A DNA stretch of 63,686 nucleotides, counting the filler, from Collodictyon triciliatum (taxonomy: Eukaryota), in the NCBI GenBank assembly GCA_043381765.1. It is 8 parts of 8 records of this genome, joined end to end, with 100 filler letters (N's around TTAATTAATTAA, not from the genome) between each part and the next. Parts side by side here need not be neighbours in the genome. Positions count along the whole stretch, not along the records: positions 1 to 8,723 come from JBHJMP010003313.1; positions 8,824 to 17,541 come from JBHJMP010003314.1; 6 more parts are not named here. The stretch is one strand, 5' to 3'. Position 1 is the first letter of the stretch. Every line of letters starts with the position of its first letter. Positions 1 through 12,190 of this stretch are shown here, piece after piece. The translations under genes and the position numbers were made by a program. Under the pieces are notes generated by a model. That model made no database searches, was not told the DNA's origin, and worked only from the letters and a program-made list of their open reading frames with translations.

Positions 1-95
1 TTTTTTTTTTTTTTGTTTTTTTTTTTTTTTTTGCTTCTCCAGTTTGACAAAAGAAACTGATTCACAACAAAAGTTATAAAGATATGCAGACATAC

Positions 96-3000
96 TTTGT
101 ACAAAGTACTTCTTGGTGCAACGAGTCTTGGCACCGTTGGCACTGAGTCCACAATGCGTTGTACATCTCTTCCAGTTTGTTGGTGCTGGTTAATGTTGAT
201 TGATATATTTCACATTCCCTGGGTTTGCAGTGGGCACATAAGGTTTTTTCTAAGTAGATGAAATGACGAAGAAAAATGTTAATCGATTGAGAATAAAAAT
301 GGAGCGGGGCGGGAATTAAAGGAATCAAGGCAATTTACCTATGTTCTTTTTATTTGCAAATGGAAAATCTAATTAATATGAACCATCTCCTGACAATGGA
401 ACTTTACAACCCATGCAAGTCAGAACTTTTTTTGTAAATCTAAATCAAGGAAATGTTATAAGAATCAAATAAACCAAAAAATGAATTAGATAGTGTGCTT
501 TGATTATTATTAAAGGAATAAACCACTCACTTCATCAGGCCGCCGATAGATGGATTTGTGATCGATATTGACCGGGTGTGGTCGCCAACTATCATTTTCC
601 ACCACCATTTTTCATTAGTACATATTTGAATAAGCGCTGTTCCTTTTATGAGGAAAAATGCATCATGTCCATATTCCACTTTTTTAATTAAATTTTGGAT
701 GATATTGATTTTTCTTTTTTAATGACGGACTGTTAAGGTGTTTACCCAATAGCTCATTTGCTTGCTGGTCTCCCATAATAGGCTCGAATATGCGAGTGAG
801 AGGGTTGGACAATTGTTGTTTCAAGTAATACTATGTTTTTAAATTAGATATGTGACGACGCTGTTAATTCGAAAAACAACTTAAATATAGTGTCTAGCCG
901 GGGTTTATCTTTTGACTCTTCAAATTCTCTTACCTCTGTATCTAGAGGAATGCTGTTTTCCAAAACCCAAATAGGGTCCTCTGATTTTTCGTAGGCTTTA
1001 GCGTCTATTTTCATGCACAATTAATAGATAAATAGTTGGCTTCTGTCAGTGTTATCATTATATTTTTAAAAAAGAAATTTGAGATGCACACAAGAGAATA
1101 TCGTTGTATGAGATTTGATGAACACAAAGGTCATAGACAGAGTAAGTATACCCTTTGAAGATTTTATAATAACATATGGGACACGGTCACCAATGGCTGG
1201 GGCAGATCCTTTTTTTTTTTTTTTTAAATATTTAATATTTGTGGCCATATACCGAGCATAAATGCCATCCATTTCTGCAGAAAAGATAAAAAAAAATGCA
1301 TTTATATTATTTTTTTTAAAAAAAAAAAATAAGCAGACCAGGATCCCTTTTTCTCATTCTCTCAGCAAGCTCCACGTGGGCTTGCTTAGCTGAGTAATCA
1401 TCGCCAGATTTAGATAAAGCCTTGGTGATAACCAGCTCTGATAGGTCAAGTTTGTTGCGTAAGAGGTCTGATATAATGTTTTTGACATATCTAATGAAAC
1501 ATGTGGTCAAAGAAAAGCGTGGCTCAAATATTTTCATGCCGCTTCTGGCCGATTCTTTAGATAGAAAAGCACACGAAGCATATGTAAATGAAATACATGA
1601 ATTAAATAGAATACTTTAAGCAGCTAAAATAAAATAGTGAGATAACGACGAATAGGAATGGTCTTTTTTTTTAAAAAAAAAAAAACAATTGGATACGAAA
1701 CAGCCCCCGGAACGTCTCTGTCTATTAGAATCTTTTGCAGAGAGGTTGAAACGACCTTTCTAACCAAAGGACAATTATCACGGCGCACAGTCTAAGTAGG
1801 TATTTGGTTAATATTCTCACAAGCTTTGATACATTTGACGAGATAGATATTCAAATTGACAGCAAAATTTTCAGCAGGGTTTGTATTTTTTTTTTTTTTT
1901 TATTCTTCCTTTCAATTTTGTGCAGGATTGTGGGGATGAGCAGGGTTTAGATTATATGACGAGTTTGTAAATGCGCTACTCACTTCGATTCCTTTGGCAT
2001 CTAATTTGTCGTGTTTGTCAGGATTTGTCCATAAAAGCCCAGCGTATCTATTCCAGAATATAACAGAGGTCATAATAATTTTGATTTGTATATTCTAATT
2101 TTGAGACGATAGGTAAAAGGGGAAATACTGATATCAGAGAAGCATTATGTGATGATTTATTTGATTACCTTTTCTTGTTAATCAGAAGATAAGGAAAGTA
2201 TACTTTTTCGAATTCTAATTTGATGGGTCGTATGAAATGCTCGCTAACGCGAGCTGCTGCTTCTTTCCCTGTTCAGGAATAGTAATATAGTAATCATGTA
2301 TCAGAGTAATAGTTGCCTTTATAAAGTTAAAGGATTTACCTAGAGCCATGCAATCAGCGGTCGACTCGGGCCCAAATCGAACCATCACCGAGTCGGTATC
2401 TCCATAGATAACTTCAGCATCATATTTGTAGCCGTTTGAGATGGTGTAGTGTTCCCTAACAATCTTCAATTCATAATATGTAAGTATATTTGGAGCTAAA
2501 GATCAGAGTTGTTATTGCATTTTTTTCTTCCAAATGATATATAAGAGAAACAACAAGAAACAACAAGAAACTACGTAATAAATAACAATAAAACAATAAA
2601 ACAATAAAACACATAGTGTGAGACATTTCTTGATTTAAACCTTGGCAGTCTGCTCGATCATTGTGCGACCAAAGGCAGTGACACTAGCAGATATTTCAAG
2701 ACAGGGGAGCTGGCCAACTGTTGCTCCAGTAAATCCATAGACAGAATTTGCACTAATCTATTCCATAAGATATTCAGACGCTTTACTGACGACTAAACCA
2801 GAGGCAAACTCCAAGGCAACGCCATCAACAACAAAGTAAAGAAGCCTCCAAAGAGCATATTCAACTCATTTACAGTCAGGATATTCTGTCATTCTTTTTT
2901 GTCTTTTAAAAATTTGAGCTGAATAGCTACCTTGAGAGCGAGTTGTCGCCCGTCGAGAACTGCTTTTTTGAATGGGTCTGTCGCCTTCTTGAGATCTGAC

Positions 3001-6000
3001 TTGGCTTTTTGGCGAGCAGAGATGAGTTCTTCCAGAATTCTCGGTAGAATACCCTTGCGGACATCCGATTTCACAAAATAGTCTAATGGGAGATGGAAAA
3101 GTTACAGACTTTCTGATTTCATGGGATAAACAGAATCCTAGTTATGGTTCTAAGGAAATTCAAAAAAAAATTGTTATCTAGATTCTTACTATGGCTATGA
3201 ATTTCAATGCATAAAAAAATAATGGGAATGCCATAATAAGAAGCATATTATAGTTTGGATTCGCAGCAGGATATTACAGAACCTCCACAAGGTGTTTTCA
3301 CATATTTATCACTATTCATTTTTTCGCGGTCCGCACTAGATAGTAATGTCGTGTAGCATAGGTTATGCGCCATCATAATTGATGGGTAAAGAGATGCAAA
3401 GTCTAGTGTCGCTATTGGGGTCTCAAAATAGCCTCTTTTAGGCTCAATCACGGTAGCTCCCTCAAATTTCTCATCAGAGGCTATAAATCAAGACATCATA
3501 CTTTATTTTAATAATATTCAATATAATTATCTTTATCAATAATAAAAAATTTTTTTAAAAAAAACGAGAAAATTCTCGATTTTTTTCATTTGCTAGTTTC
3601 AAAAAAATTAATTTGTTATGTACAATATATACGTTAAACGAGAAAAAAATTGGACATCAAGATTTATATTAGCCGTAGCAAATTGCACCTTTTGATCTCA
3701 CAGTGGGTATGATGATATTTTCGTGCAAACATTGCCTGTAGAGCTGACTGACCACCTTGATTTGCTGACCTCTGGTGAGTAAATAAGACATTGGAACACC
3801 AGTAACTCGAGCCATTTCAATGCTGTTGATGAGCGCCATAAGTTTGTCCATCAGCCTTTGGGGGAGGTATGCATCCTGATAGTATATATTACAAGAGTAC
3901 TGTATAAATATGGTGATTACAATTTATGATACATATGTTATTGTTGGCGAAAAACTCGATATTTCATACCTTAAGACAGTAAGTGGCCAACCGTTTTCTG
4001 GTATGAGCATCGCCATTAAACAAGTCTGCAATGATAGAATGATGGACATCTTCCTTTTGCTCACCCAAAAAGTGAGATGAAACGGCATTCAGTGAATACG
4101 AGCTCAATTTGTGCTCTCTTTGTATCACTGTATGGTGAGTAACTGGTGTAAATAACCAACTCATGTCAAGAATAAATATGATAACCCAGGAAGCAAACGG
4201 GGGAAGTTGGGGGTTAGTGGAGAAAGCTTAAGGAAGGGGGACTTTTCCGTTTCATACAATAGTATTTTATGCCATAAGATGTCCGTCATAATGTGAAAAA
4301 AAAAACCTTGAATCATATCAAACTGAACTCTACCATCAATATGTTCACTCAGTAAAGGAAAAGGTAGCTCTTTTTTTCCCTCCCTTTTTTTTTTTTTTTT
4401 TTTCCTTTTTCAAGGTTGGGTATGGTATGACGGGAAATATTCATATATAAAATTCATAAACCATTTCACTGAATGCAGCGAGCATTTCATATACATAAAT
4501 GATTCATTAGGATATTGATTGCTTTGCTCTCTCGGGTGCCATATGCTTTAGAGGAAAATGTAGTATTCTTCATTCTGGACCTAGTGGTACGAACTCGTCC
4601 AAGATATGGAAATTTCTTGACTTTTAGAGTGCTTGATCGATCCATCAAATAAGGAAGATCGAAATTGATGATGTTGTATCCGGTAATAATGTCCGGATCA
4701 GCCTTCGGATATAAAAATAAAATAGATGAATACGAAATATGCCCAATCGTCAATTCTTGAGCACTTTCTTAGTTTTGCATTCATTTTTTTCTGACTAAAT
4801 AAACTGCCAAGTTTTTTTTTCAGAAGAAAAAACCTTGACCAAGAAATGCCTCCATGCTTCTAGTAAATTTTCTTCCTTCTCAAAGGATAACACTTGCGCT
4901 CCAGGAATATTAGCGCATGATTTCAGCGTAAATATATTCTTGACAATTGGTGTATCTTGGCCTGTTTGGGTTGAATGGAGACATGTCAATAGAAGTTGTA
5001 TCATATTTGTAAGTTGACAGAGTTGCATAATTTCTGTACCAGTGTTATCGTGATATTTAATCCTCGAAAAAAATGTGTAACCTTGAATGGTGACCATGTT
5101 GGCGATTTGTATAACAGGGTCTTGACTTGGGTCGGGAAAATGCCCTTTCTTGGCGCAACACTCAATATCTAAATAAAGAAAAAGGAAATAAAGAGGAAAG
5201 AATCAAAGGCAATAGAGAAGGAAAAGTCAATTACAACAAGGTTGATATCTCGGAAATGAACACGTGACAGTTTTATATCATTCAAATTTACAGAAAGCCG
5301 GGATAATACAAAGCCTCGTGAAATAAATAAGTGGGAGAGCAGTATCCCAGAGTGAAATCGAATTGAAATGAACGTACCAAAGCTCAAAATGCGGAGAGGG
5401 GCAACATCGGACCATTCATTTTCCGGTTTATGGCTTATTATCTTATCAAAACTATGGGGGAATTAGAGGGAGTTTGCAATAGGAGATGGCTAATCATGGT
5501 AATTATCATTTCACTTTATGAAAAGTGGACAGCTAATAACATTAATGACGGAATACTCGAAATGATTTGGTAATAAAATAGAGAAAGACAAGGCCGTACG
5601 AAATATCAACTTCGATTTGGGCGTGGCTTAGTTTGTCAGATGCAGCTCGCAGTGTGTACAATTTGGGGGGACATTCCACCCAGTTACCGCCAACAATATT
5701 TGTATCAATCATGAATCTCAGAACGTAAGCAATATTGGACTCGTACGTTGTGAATGAGCGGAAACCAACATCAGGATACGTCATACCAGACTCCAGCATA
5801 CGTAAAAGATATTAAGGGAGATACATGCGTATGTAAAATGACATAAAATACGCGGAACAAAATAATTTGGTCAACAGACAATCAATGCAAGAAGAGTTCA
5901 TGGATGTCAAAGAATCGATATTGATAATCAGATCAGAAGGATATCTCTGATAGTAGGGACCAGCATAGGAAGAGCAGAGCTTATACGAAAGAAGGCCGAT

Positions 6001-7573
6001 TTGTGGTTTCCTCGGTAACCCATGATCGATTGTTTGTATTCGATGCATATATCAATAACGTATTCTTTCAGCTTGTTTTGCTTCGAGGATTTGCCCTCCA
6101 GGATAACCTAGCAGTGAAAGAATGACAGTTGAGCAAATGGCCCACCGTTGAAGCACTTGGGGTGATCACAAAAATCATTAATAGAATAGTTACAGTCCTA
6201 AACAGTTTATGAAAAATGATTCAACATTGGAATATCTCTATATAATTACATTCATAGCTTTTCGGAGTTTTTCGCAGTTTGAATCATCAAATCCCTCTGG
6301 AACAGGAGAAAAAAAGTAGGGAGTGAATCCGTGAACATGTGCCATCACACTATTTCCTTCACGATTCACACCGAAAAGGCGAACAATCGGCACCTACACA
6401 GGCATTTTGTCACAAAATAATAGAACCTCAAAAGCTCAAAAGCTCAAAAGCTCAAATGCATGAAAGCATGAAAGCATGAAAGCATGAAAGCATGAAAGCA
6501 TGAAAGCATGAAAGCATGAAAGCACGAAAGACACAAAAGACACAAAAGACACAAAAGACACAAAAGACACAAAAGACACAAAAGACACAAAAGACACAAA
6601 AGACACAAAAGACACAAAAGACACAAAAGACACAAAAGACACAAAAAACCAGAGATTAATGATACAATGACACCGATTCTAACGTTTATCTAGATCCTTG
6701 TAGAGCAAATGATGTATAGAATAACGTACTGGAAATAAAAAAAAACGATATCACAATATATGAGCAAATCAACGACGATATCAGAAATGCCCTTATAGAT
6801 TTCAGTTGGCACAGTTGTATTAGTTTGATAAATACCTGGCCACCGTGATATCCCGGCATTCCCACGACAGGCTCTCCGATGTAATAATCAGCGTCGATTT
6901 GTTGAAATACTGTTAAAGCGATATATTGTATAATTTCAGCATGATTGGTCGAATTTACTTTAATGAAAAAAGTAAGAATTAATAGATGCACTTATCATGA
7001 TGACAACATAGTGAGGCGAGATTATGGGTTATTAGGGTAAATTTCTATGTAAGAAATGTAGACAAGATACATGTTGGTAAGAAATAAGTAAATAAAATAT
7101 TGAATAAATTATTCAATATACGTCAATTACAAGCAAAAAAAAAATTATTTTTTTACATATGTGTAAAGATGGGCTGAAATGAAATATGAAATCAGAAGAA
7201 AGAAAGAAAAAGCAGAAATCCCATACGCAAGATGAAAGTTCGCTCAACAACTAAGAGAGGCGCGTTACATACCAATGGGGTCACGGTCAGGGTTTGGAGT
7301 CTGAAAGGCGGGTCGATTCCAACTCGGGTGAGAAAACTTCTTCTCGTCCACTTCGCCCTCGAAGTGAAGATCAGCGTCAGGGTCGGCCTCCAGGTCAAGG
7401 CCAAGGTCAGGATCCTCATCCGCCAGATCAAAGTCGTCCTCATCCTCGTCTTCTTCTTGAGTTGGACGGATGACTTCGTCTTCAGCCTCGGCTTCACGCC
7501 CTCGCGCTTTCTTCCAGCCAAAGCTGGCTGAAGATCCCTCACTTTCTGCTCCAGGCTTGCGTTTGCCGTTCAT
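96..7573 (-). CDS. POLD1: DNA polymerase delta catalytic subunit; 26 exons visible, 3' end runs off the window
   Basis: Spliced exons give family-B motifs ([32 protein letters not shown], exonuclease [14 protein letters not shown]) and C-terminal Cys clusters (CMGC, CAHC, CQRC). ATG at 7573 opens an acidic N-terminal exon. Confidence 0.97.
1491..1696 (-). other. Probable U12-type GT-AG intron in POLD1, phase 2
   Basis: 5' GTATCCAA; branch-like TTTTCTTTGAC about 17 nt before the AG. Confidence 0.55.
4343..4515 (-). other. U12-type AT-AC intron in POLD1, phase 1
   Basis: 5' ATATCCTAA, 3' CTTTTCCTTTACTGAGTGAAC. Removal restores conserved [17 protein letters not shown], followed by a 36-nt exon (4307-4342). 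Confidence 0.92.
5802..5944 (-). other. U12-type (minor spliceosome) AT-AC intron in POLD1, phase 1
   Basis: 5' ATATCCTTCT, 3' TCTCCCTTAATATCTTTTAC. Removal joins VPTIR-G-MLESG in frame. Confidence 0.93.
6429..6645. repeat. Compound intronic minisatellite: (CTCAAAAG)n, (CATGAAAG)n, (GACACAAAA)n
   Basis: Directly visible tandem arrays in POLD1 intron 2. Confidence 0.95.
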
Positions 7574-8561
7574 TACGTTATGGACGAGGCCGAGTCTTTG
7601 TTCCTCTGGAAGATATAGGCTTTGTCGCCCGGGTTGAAAAACAAAGATCTGAAGAACAAAAGAAAAAAAATAAAATAAAAAAAGAAATAAAAAGGTAGAA
7701 TGGCACATAAGCGAGTTTTTTCTTCCCTCGGAAAGTCCCGTTCGGCCTGTGCAAAGAGACCGAGCAGATCGCTTCGGGTCTGTTAGGTTATTCAACCACA
7801 CAATCACCGAAGACTCGCCGATAGCGTCTGTTGCAAAGGCTTTCTCGGCCGATTCACCGCAACAAACGCGCTTCGCCTGCGTGGGCGCGACACCCTTTGC
7901 TTTTGAAAATTCAAATGTTTGAAACGTGTGGATGCTACTTCCAGAAATGATATCCTTTCTTCGATGCAGATGTCGACAGAGGCAAACCAGCTCCCATAAT
8001 CATAGGTGATTTTTGTTTTCATCGACACGCGGTTGCATCGGAACGTGGCAGTGTAGTCCGATAATCATTCAATTACTCGGGTGTTGCAGTTCATCATTCT
8101 CGCCGTGGGGACCAAGCAACAACGTCCCTCATTGCTGTTTCATCCCCTAATATGAACCAGAGGGGCCATGTATTGGAATGGCTCCAGCAAACCTCATTTG
8201 AGTTCATGATAGTGTCGGGAGACAAGCATCCCATTGAACAAATCGTGACTGACAGAGCGAAACCAGGCAGTTCGATTGAGAAGAACTATTTAAAGACGAA
8301 GACCACTTCACCTACCTTATCGATAATATTATATATAGTCAGTCTTCTTCAAAAACCTAGAATTTATAGACAATTAGAGTCATGACCAACACCCTAAACT
8401 TCCACGAAAAGGATTTGACACTAATGAAGCAACTTTGCCACTTTCCCGGCTACCAACACCTTCAAAATGACAAATTCCCACCAAAATTGCCTTTTTACTA
8501 TGAAGATATTGTGGAAAGGGAAACCCAAGCCAACTCGGTAACAGAATCGTAAAACAGCATA

Positions 8562-8722
8562 ATGGCACCCAGCAAACCACACCCGCCTACCTCCTTAGAG
8601 GGCATGGCTCCTGGAACCACCCAAGAGACTCTTTCTTCAGCAAGTACTGCGCAATCCATAAGAAGCGACGTCCCAGACTCGGGATTGGAAGAACAACAGT
8701 CCATCCAACCTGTCGTCATCAT
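8562..8722 (+). CDS. Possible 5' fragment of a gene divergent from POLD1, cut by contig end
   Basis: ATG-initiated S/T/P-rich frame open to the gap; no recognisable domain. Confidence 0.3.
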
Positions 8723-8823
8723 ANNNNNNNNNNNNNNNNNNNNNNNNNNNNNNNNNNNNNNNNNNNNTTAATTAATTAANNNNNNNNNNNNNNNNNNNNN
8801 NNNNNNNNNNNNNNNNNNNNNNN
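8723..8823. other. Artificial contig linker (N-TTAATTAATTAA-N); also at 17542-17641, 26422-26521, 35233-35332, 44040-44139, 52846-52944, 61651-61750
   Basis: Identical six-frame-stop 12-mer centred in about 100-nt N blocks; genes are truncated at the linkers; contigs are near-equal in length. Confidence 0.97.
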
Positions 8824-8854
8824 CTATTATTACTACTATTATTACTACTACTAC

Positions 8855-8953
<99 letters not shown>

Positions 8954-9028
8954 CTGGTCACCGGTATTGTTTAATTGCACTATTTATACTCTCAAGAAAA
9001 TCGCTAATATTTATCTAAATTAAAATAG

Positions 9029-10528
9029 CCTACAATCACAGACTCTCAACTGAAGATGAGTATATCAAAGTAATTGTTTATCCTTTTAAAAACATACATC
9101 TATGAAATAAAATGAAGCAATATTTTATTTTTACATTTATAGCAATATAATGTATTTTCAACCAACTTATGCATACTTGTAGGTTGAAGAACCTCACACA
9201 TTTGAAAATGGCTTCGTGTGAAAACATAACAGACAAAGGAATTCTCCACCTTGCGGATTCTCTTTCATCGTTGCTGATGATAGATATATCTAAGTAATAA
9301 AATATACCTTCTTGACGCAGTGTTATTATTTTTTTATCCTAAAGTGTAGGTCTTGCTAACTACATGAAATCTTGATGATAGTTGCCCAAAAATCAAAGGT
9401 GAAAGTCTCTCTACACTTTTTTCTTCATGTCCGTTGGAAGTCTTGGACATTCATGGGAATAAGCAGGCATTTTTTTTTAATTTGAATTTGGGTAGATAAC
9501 GATAAAAATCTAGTAAGATAAATTGTTTATGTAAATACACATACAGTATGAAAATTACGAACCAATGTAAATTTATAATCGCTTATGGATTTGCACTAAA
9601 TTATGTATTATCCACAATATACGGTCAAAGTTCTCTGAAGAGTCGATGGCGAGGGCTATTGTGCATTTGAAAAAACTCCGATCTTTGACCGTTTCAGATA
9701 TTTATAATTTCTCAGCAACCTGCTTGACTTTGTTGGCCGAAGCCTCGAGCAACCTAGAAGATGTTGTTATCAAGAAGTGTCACAAGGTATACACTATTAG
9801 AAAAAAAGTACGATGATAATAATGACTGTGACGATGATAATTACAAATTACTTGAAAGTGGCACTGATTATGTGCGCACATTTACGATTACAGATTGAAG
9901 AATTATATTTTGTTAATCATAGATTTGAGACAGCATTCTATATGTAAAATGAATAAATCGAGTAAATATATGTGTATTTGTAGGAATTTTATGTGAATGC
10001 TTTTCTATATTTTTTGTCAGATTTCTTATGATATGGTGTAAAAAAAATCATGATTTATTATTCGAATCATAGGTCGATGATGCTTCCATTTCGTCATTAT
10101 TCTCGCGACAGGAAAAATTAAAGTGGGGCTGCTTTCGGTCATGTCTCAATATGAGCGACGAATCCATCAATATTCTTGCGCAGGTACGAATCCTTTATTT
10201 CTTGCTTGAATATGCATTCCATGAGGATAAAACAGGTTAAAAAACCTAAAAAAAAAAAAAAATGTATTTGTGGCTCTGGATGACTGACAATAAAAGAGCA
10301 ATTTAAGTGGGTATGATTTTCGCGCTGATTTTCATGTTCTAGTCTTCCTGTCGAGATTCAATTGAATGGATGGATTTGACAAAGACCAAAGTCACATTGC
10401 CCGGGGTTGAATTGGTTTGCAAAAACTGTCCATTTCTCAAGAGACTCACCATCTTGTTTCTGAATGAGCCATCTGAGCTCTTTGATTCCATTCGACAGAG
10501 GTATCCTTACATCAGCTTCCATTTTTGA
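9029..10528 (+). CDS. Cysteine-containing LRR protein (FBXL/AMN1-like), 3' part, 6 exons
   Basis: Spliced LxxLxxxxCxxITD repeats: LKNLTHLKMASCENITDKGI, LEDVVIKKCHKVDDASI, LKWGCFRSCLNMSDESI. Confidence 0.8.
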
Positions 10529-10924
10529 TGTGATATGAAGGTAGCAGGTGCATAGAGCGAATAAATGAGACAAAGAAGACATATATTTTTTGTTCGCTCT
10601 ATGTCAAACGTTTTGGTAAATAGGACATCGGTTCTATGTGCCTGTAATATATACTCCAAATATTACGTTGCATACTCTATACGACTCCATTTACTTTATG
10701 AAACAATTAGGTTTATTGGGTAGAAAGTTTAAACATAGAAAACAATGTGTAAATCCTATTTAAAAAAATAATATGAAAAAAAAACTATCTATTTCCAAGA
10801 GGCAGGATGGATGAAGTAATATTGGCTAGTTGTTAAGTTCATCAGATTTTCGCTCTTTTTCTCCCTTACTTTTACTTTGAAGAAAAACAGAGGAAGTGAA
10901 AGCGTCCACCAAACCCAAATGAAT

Positions 10925-11878
10925 TCAAGACGGTGAATTCCACGCCATAAACGAGGACGCCAACGAAGGTGAAGTCGACCCGGAGGTGGAGGCTCTTTGA
11001 CGGACCGGAGTCTGCAAAGACTGGTTAAAATCCTGTGAGCGCACAGGCATGCTTTTCCACAGCGGGGTAGGCGAAGTAACCGAGGGTGGCGTCCGAACCA
11101 AAGATGTGTCCATGCATCCAGGTTGATGCAGATCGGGATTTCCTGTATGCTGCGGAGTGGGATTGCTTGTGCGTGGGCTGTGCGACCGAGCAAGTCTGTG
11201 CGGGCTTTGCACGTTCCCACGAGACTCTAGCGCGTCCAAGCGGGCGAATATCTCGCGCATCTGCATATCCTGTGACCGGAGCATCCTGTCCAGAGTGGCC
11301 TTTATCTGCATCTGCCACTTGCGCATCTCCTTCTCGCGCGCTTCGGCCATGCTAGCCTCGTTGTAGAGAATATCCAAGGCCATCTTCAACACACTCTGCG
11401 TCTGCTGGACTTCCTGCTGCACCTGCTGGAGCTGTGCCAAAAGCGACTCGAACGTGGGCCTTTGTTGCGCTCCGCTTGGATGATGACGAGATGCCTTCGA
11501 GGCTGCTATTGTGTCTGCAGAGTCTCCTGCAAAGAAGCTCTCCGGGTCGCTCTCGTCCACACTTTCGCGCTCTTGCAGATGGGTGATTTGCCGCAGGATT
11601 TGCAGCCGCTCTTCGCTTTGGTCTTCGGTCCGCTGCCAACGACGGCGCTGCGAAGTCTGCACAGGTTGTTTTGTCGGGGTTGAGTTTGTCTCGTCTGGCG
11701 GCTGCGTTGACTTGTGTGGTGTGTTTGCGTGGGCCAAAAAGCGAGAGAGTGAGAAAGATAGATGCGTGGGCGACGAGGCAGAGCCGGGCGTGAATGACGG
11801 GCGGGTCTTTGAGGCGGTCTTTGGCTTCGTTTGCTGCGTGTTTGCTCCGATTCGATGCGACTGTGTTGCGGGCTTCAT
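10925..11878 (-). CDS. Intronless hypothetical protein, S/T/P/Q-rich with central coiled coil (317 aa)
   Basis: Long GC-rich ORF with ATG and heptad segment LLAQLQQVQQEVQQ...LDALE. Confidence 0.7.
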   Translation of the reverse strand: MKPATQSHRIGANTQQTKPKTASKTRPSFTPGSASSPTHLSFSLSRFLAHANTPHKSTQPPDETNSTPTKQPVQTSQRRRWQRTEDQSEERLQILRQITHLQERESVDESDPESFFAGDSADTIAASKASRHHPSGAQQRPTFESLLAQLQQVQQEVQQTQSVLKMALDILYNEASMAEAREKEMRKWQMQIKATLDRMLRSQDMQMREIFARLDALESRGNVQSPHRLARSHSPRTSNPTPQHTGNPDLHQPGCMDTSLVRTPPSVTSPTPLWKSMPVRSQDFNQSLQTPVRQRASTSGSTSPSLASSFMAWNSPS

Positions 11879-12190
11879 TCCTCCTTCCTCTGCTTTCTTT
11901 CCTTCTGGTGGTGTCTTGTTGAACTCTTGTGCGTGTTTGCGTTGTGTGAAGCGGCAGTGCTATCAATCTACTACTTGGCCCGCTTTTTCTTTCAATTTTC
12001 CTTTGATTCTTCATTTAACCTTCCACGCAACCATATTTTTTTAACTTTTCCTTTCTTTTCCTTTTCCTTTTCCTTTTCCTTTTCCTTTTCCTTTTCCTTT
12101 TCCTTTTCCTTTTCCTTTCCTTTCCTTTTCTTTTCTTTTCTTTCCTTTTCTCCATTTAATCTTCTTTCTTGCAATATTGTCTGTAGCTCT

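Noticed and set aside
6436-6644. Low-complexity ORFs (FVS, LLC, HT, FV, KE, poly-F and similar) here and elsewhere
   Set aside because: Translations of intronic or contig-end microsatellites.
10501-10510. Perfect U12 donor AG|GTATCCTT in the last LRR exon
   Set aside because: The frame ends naturally as RYPYISFHF-stop, and I see no downstream branch box or convincing exon. RNA-seq could overturn this.
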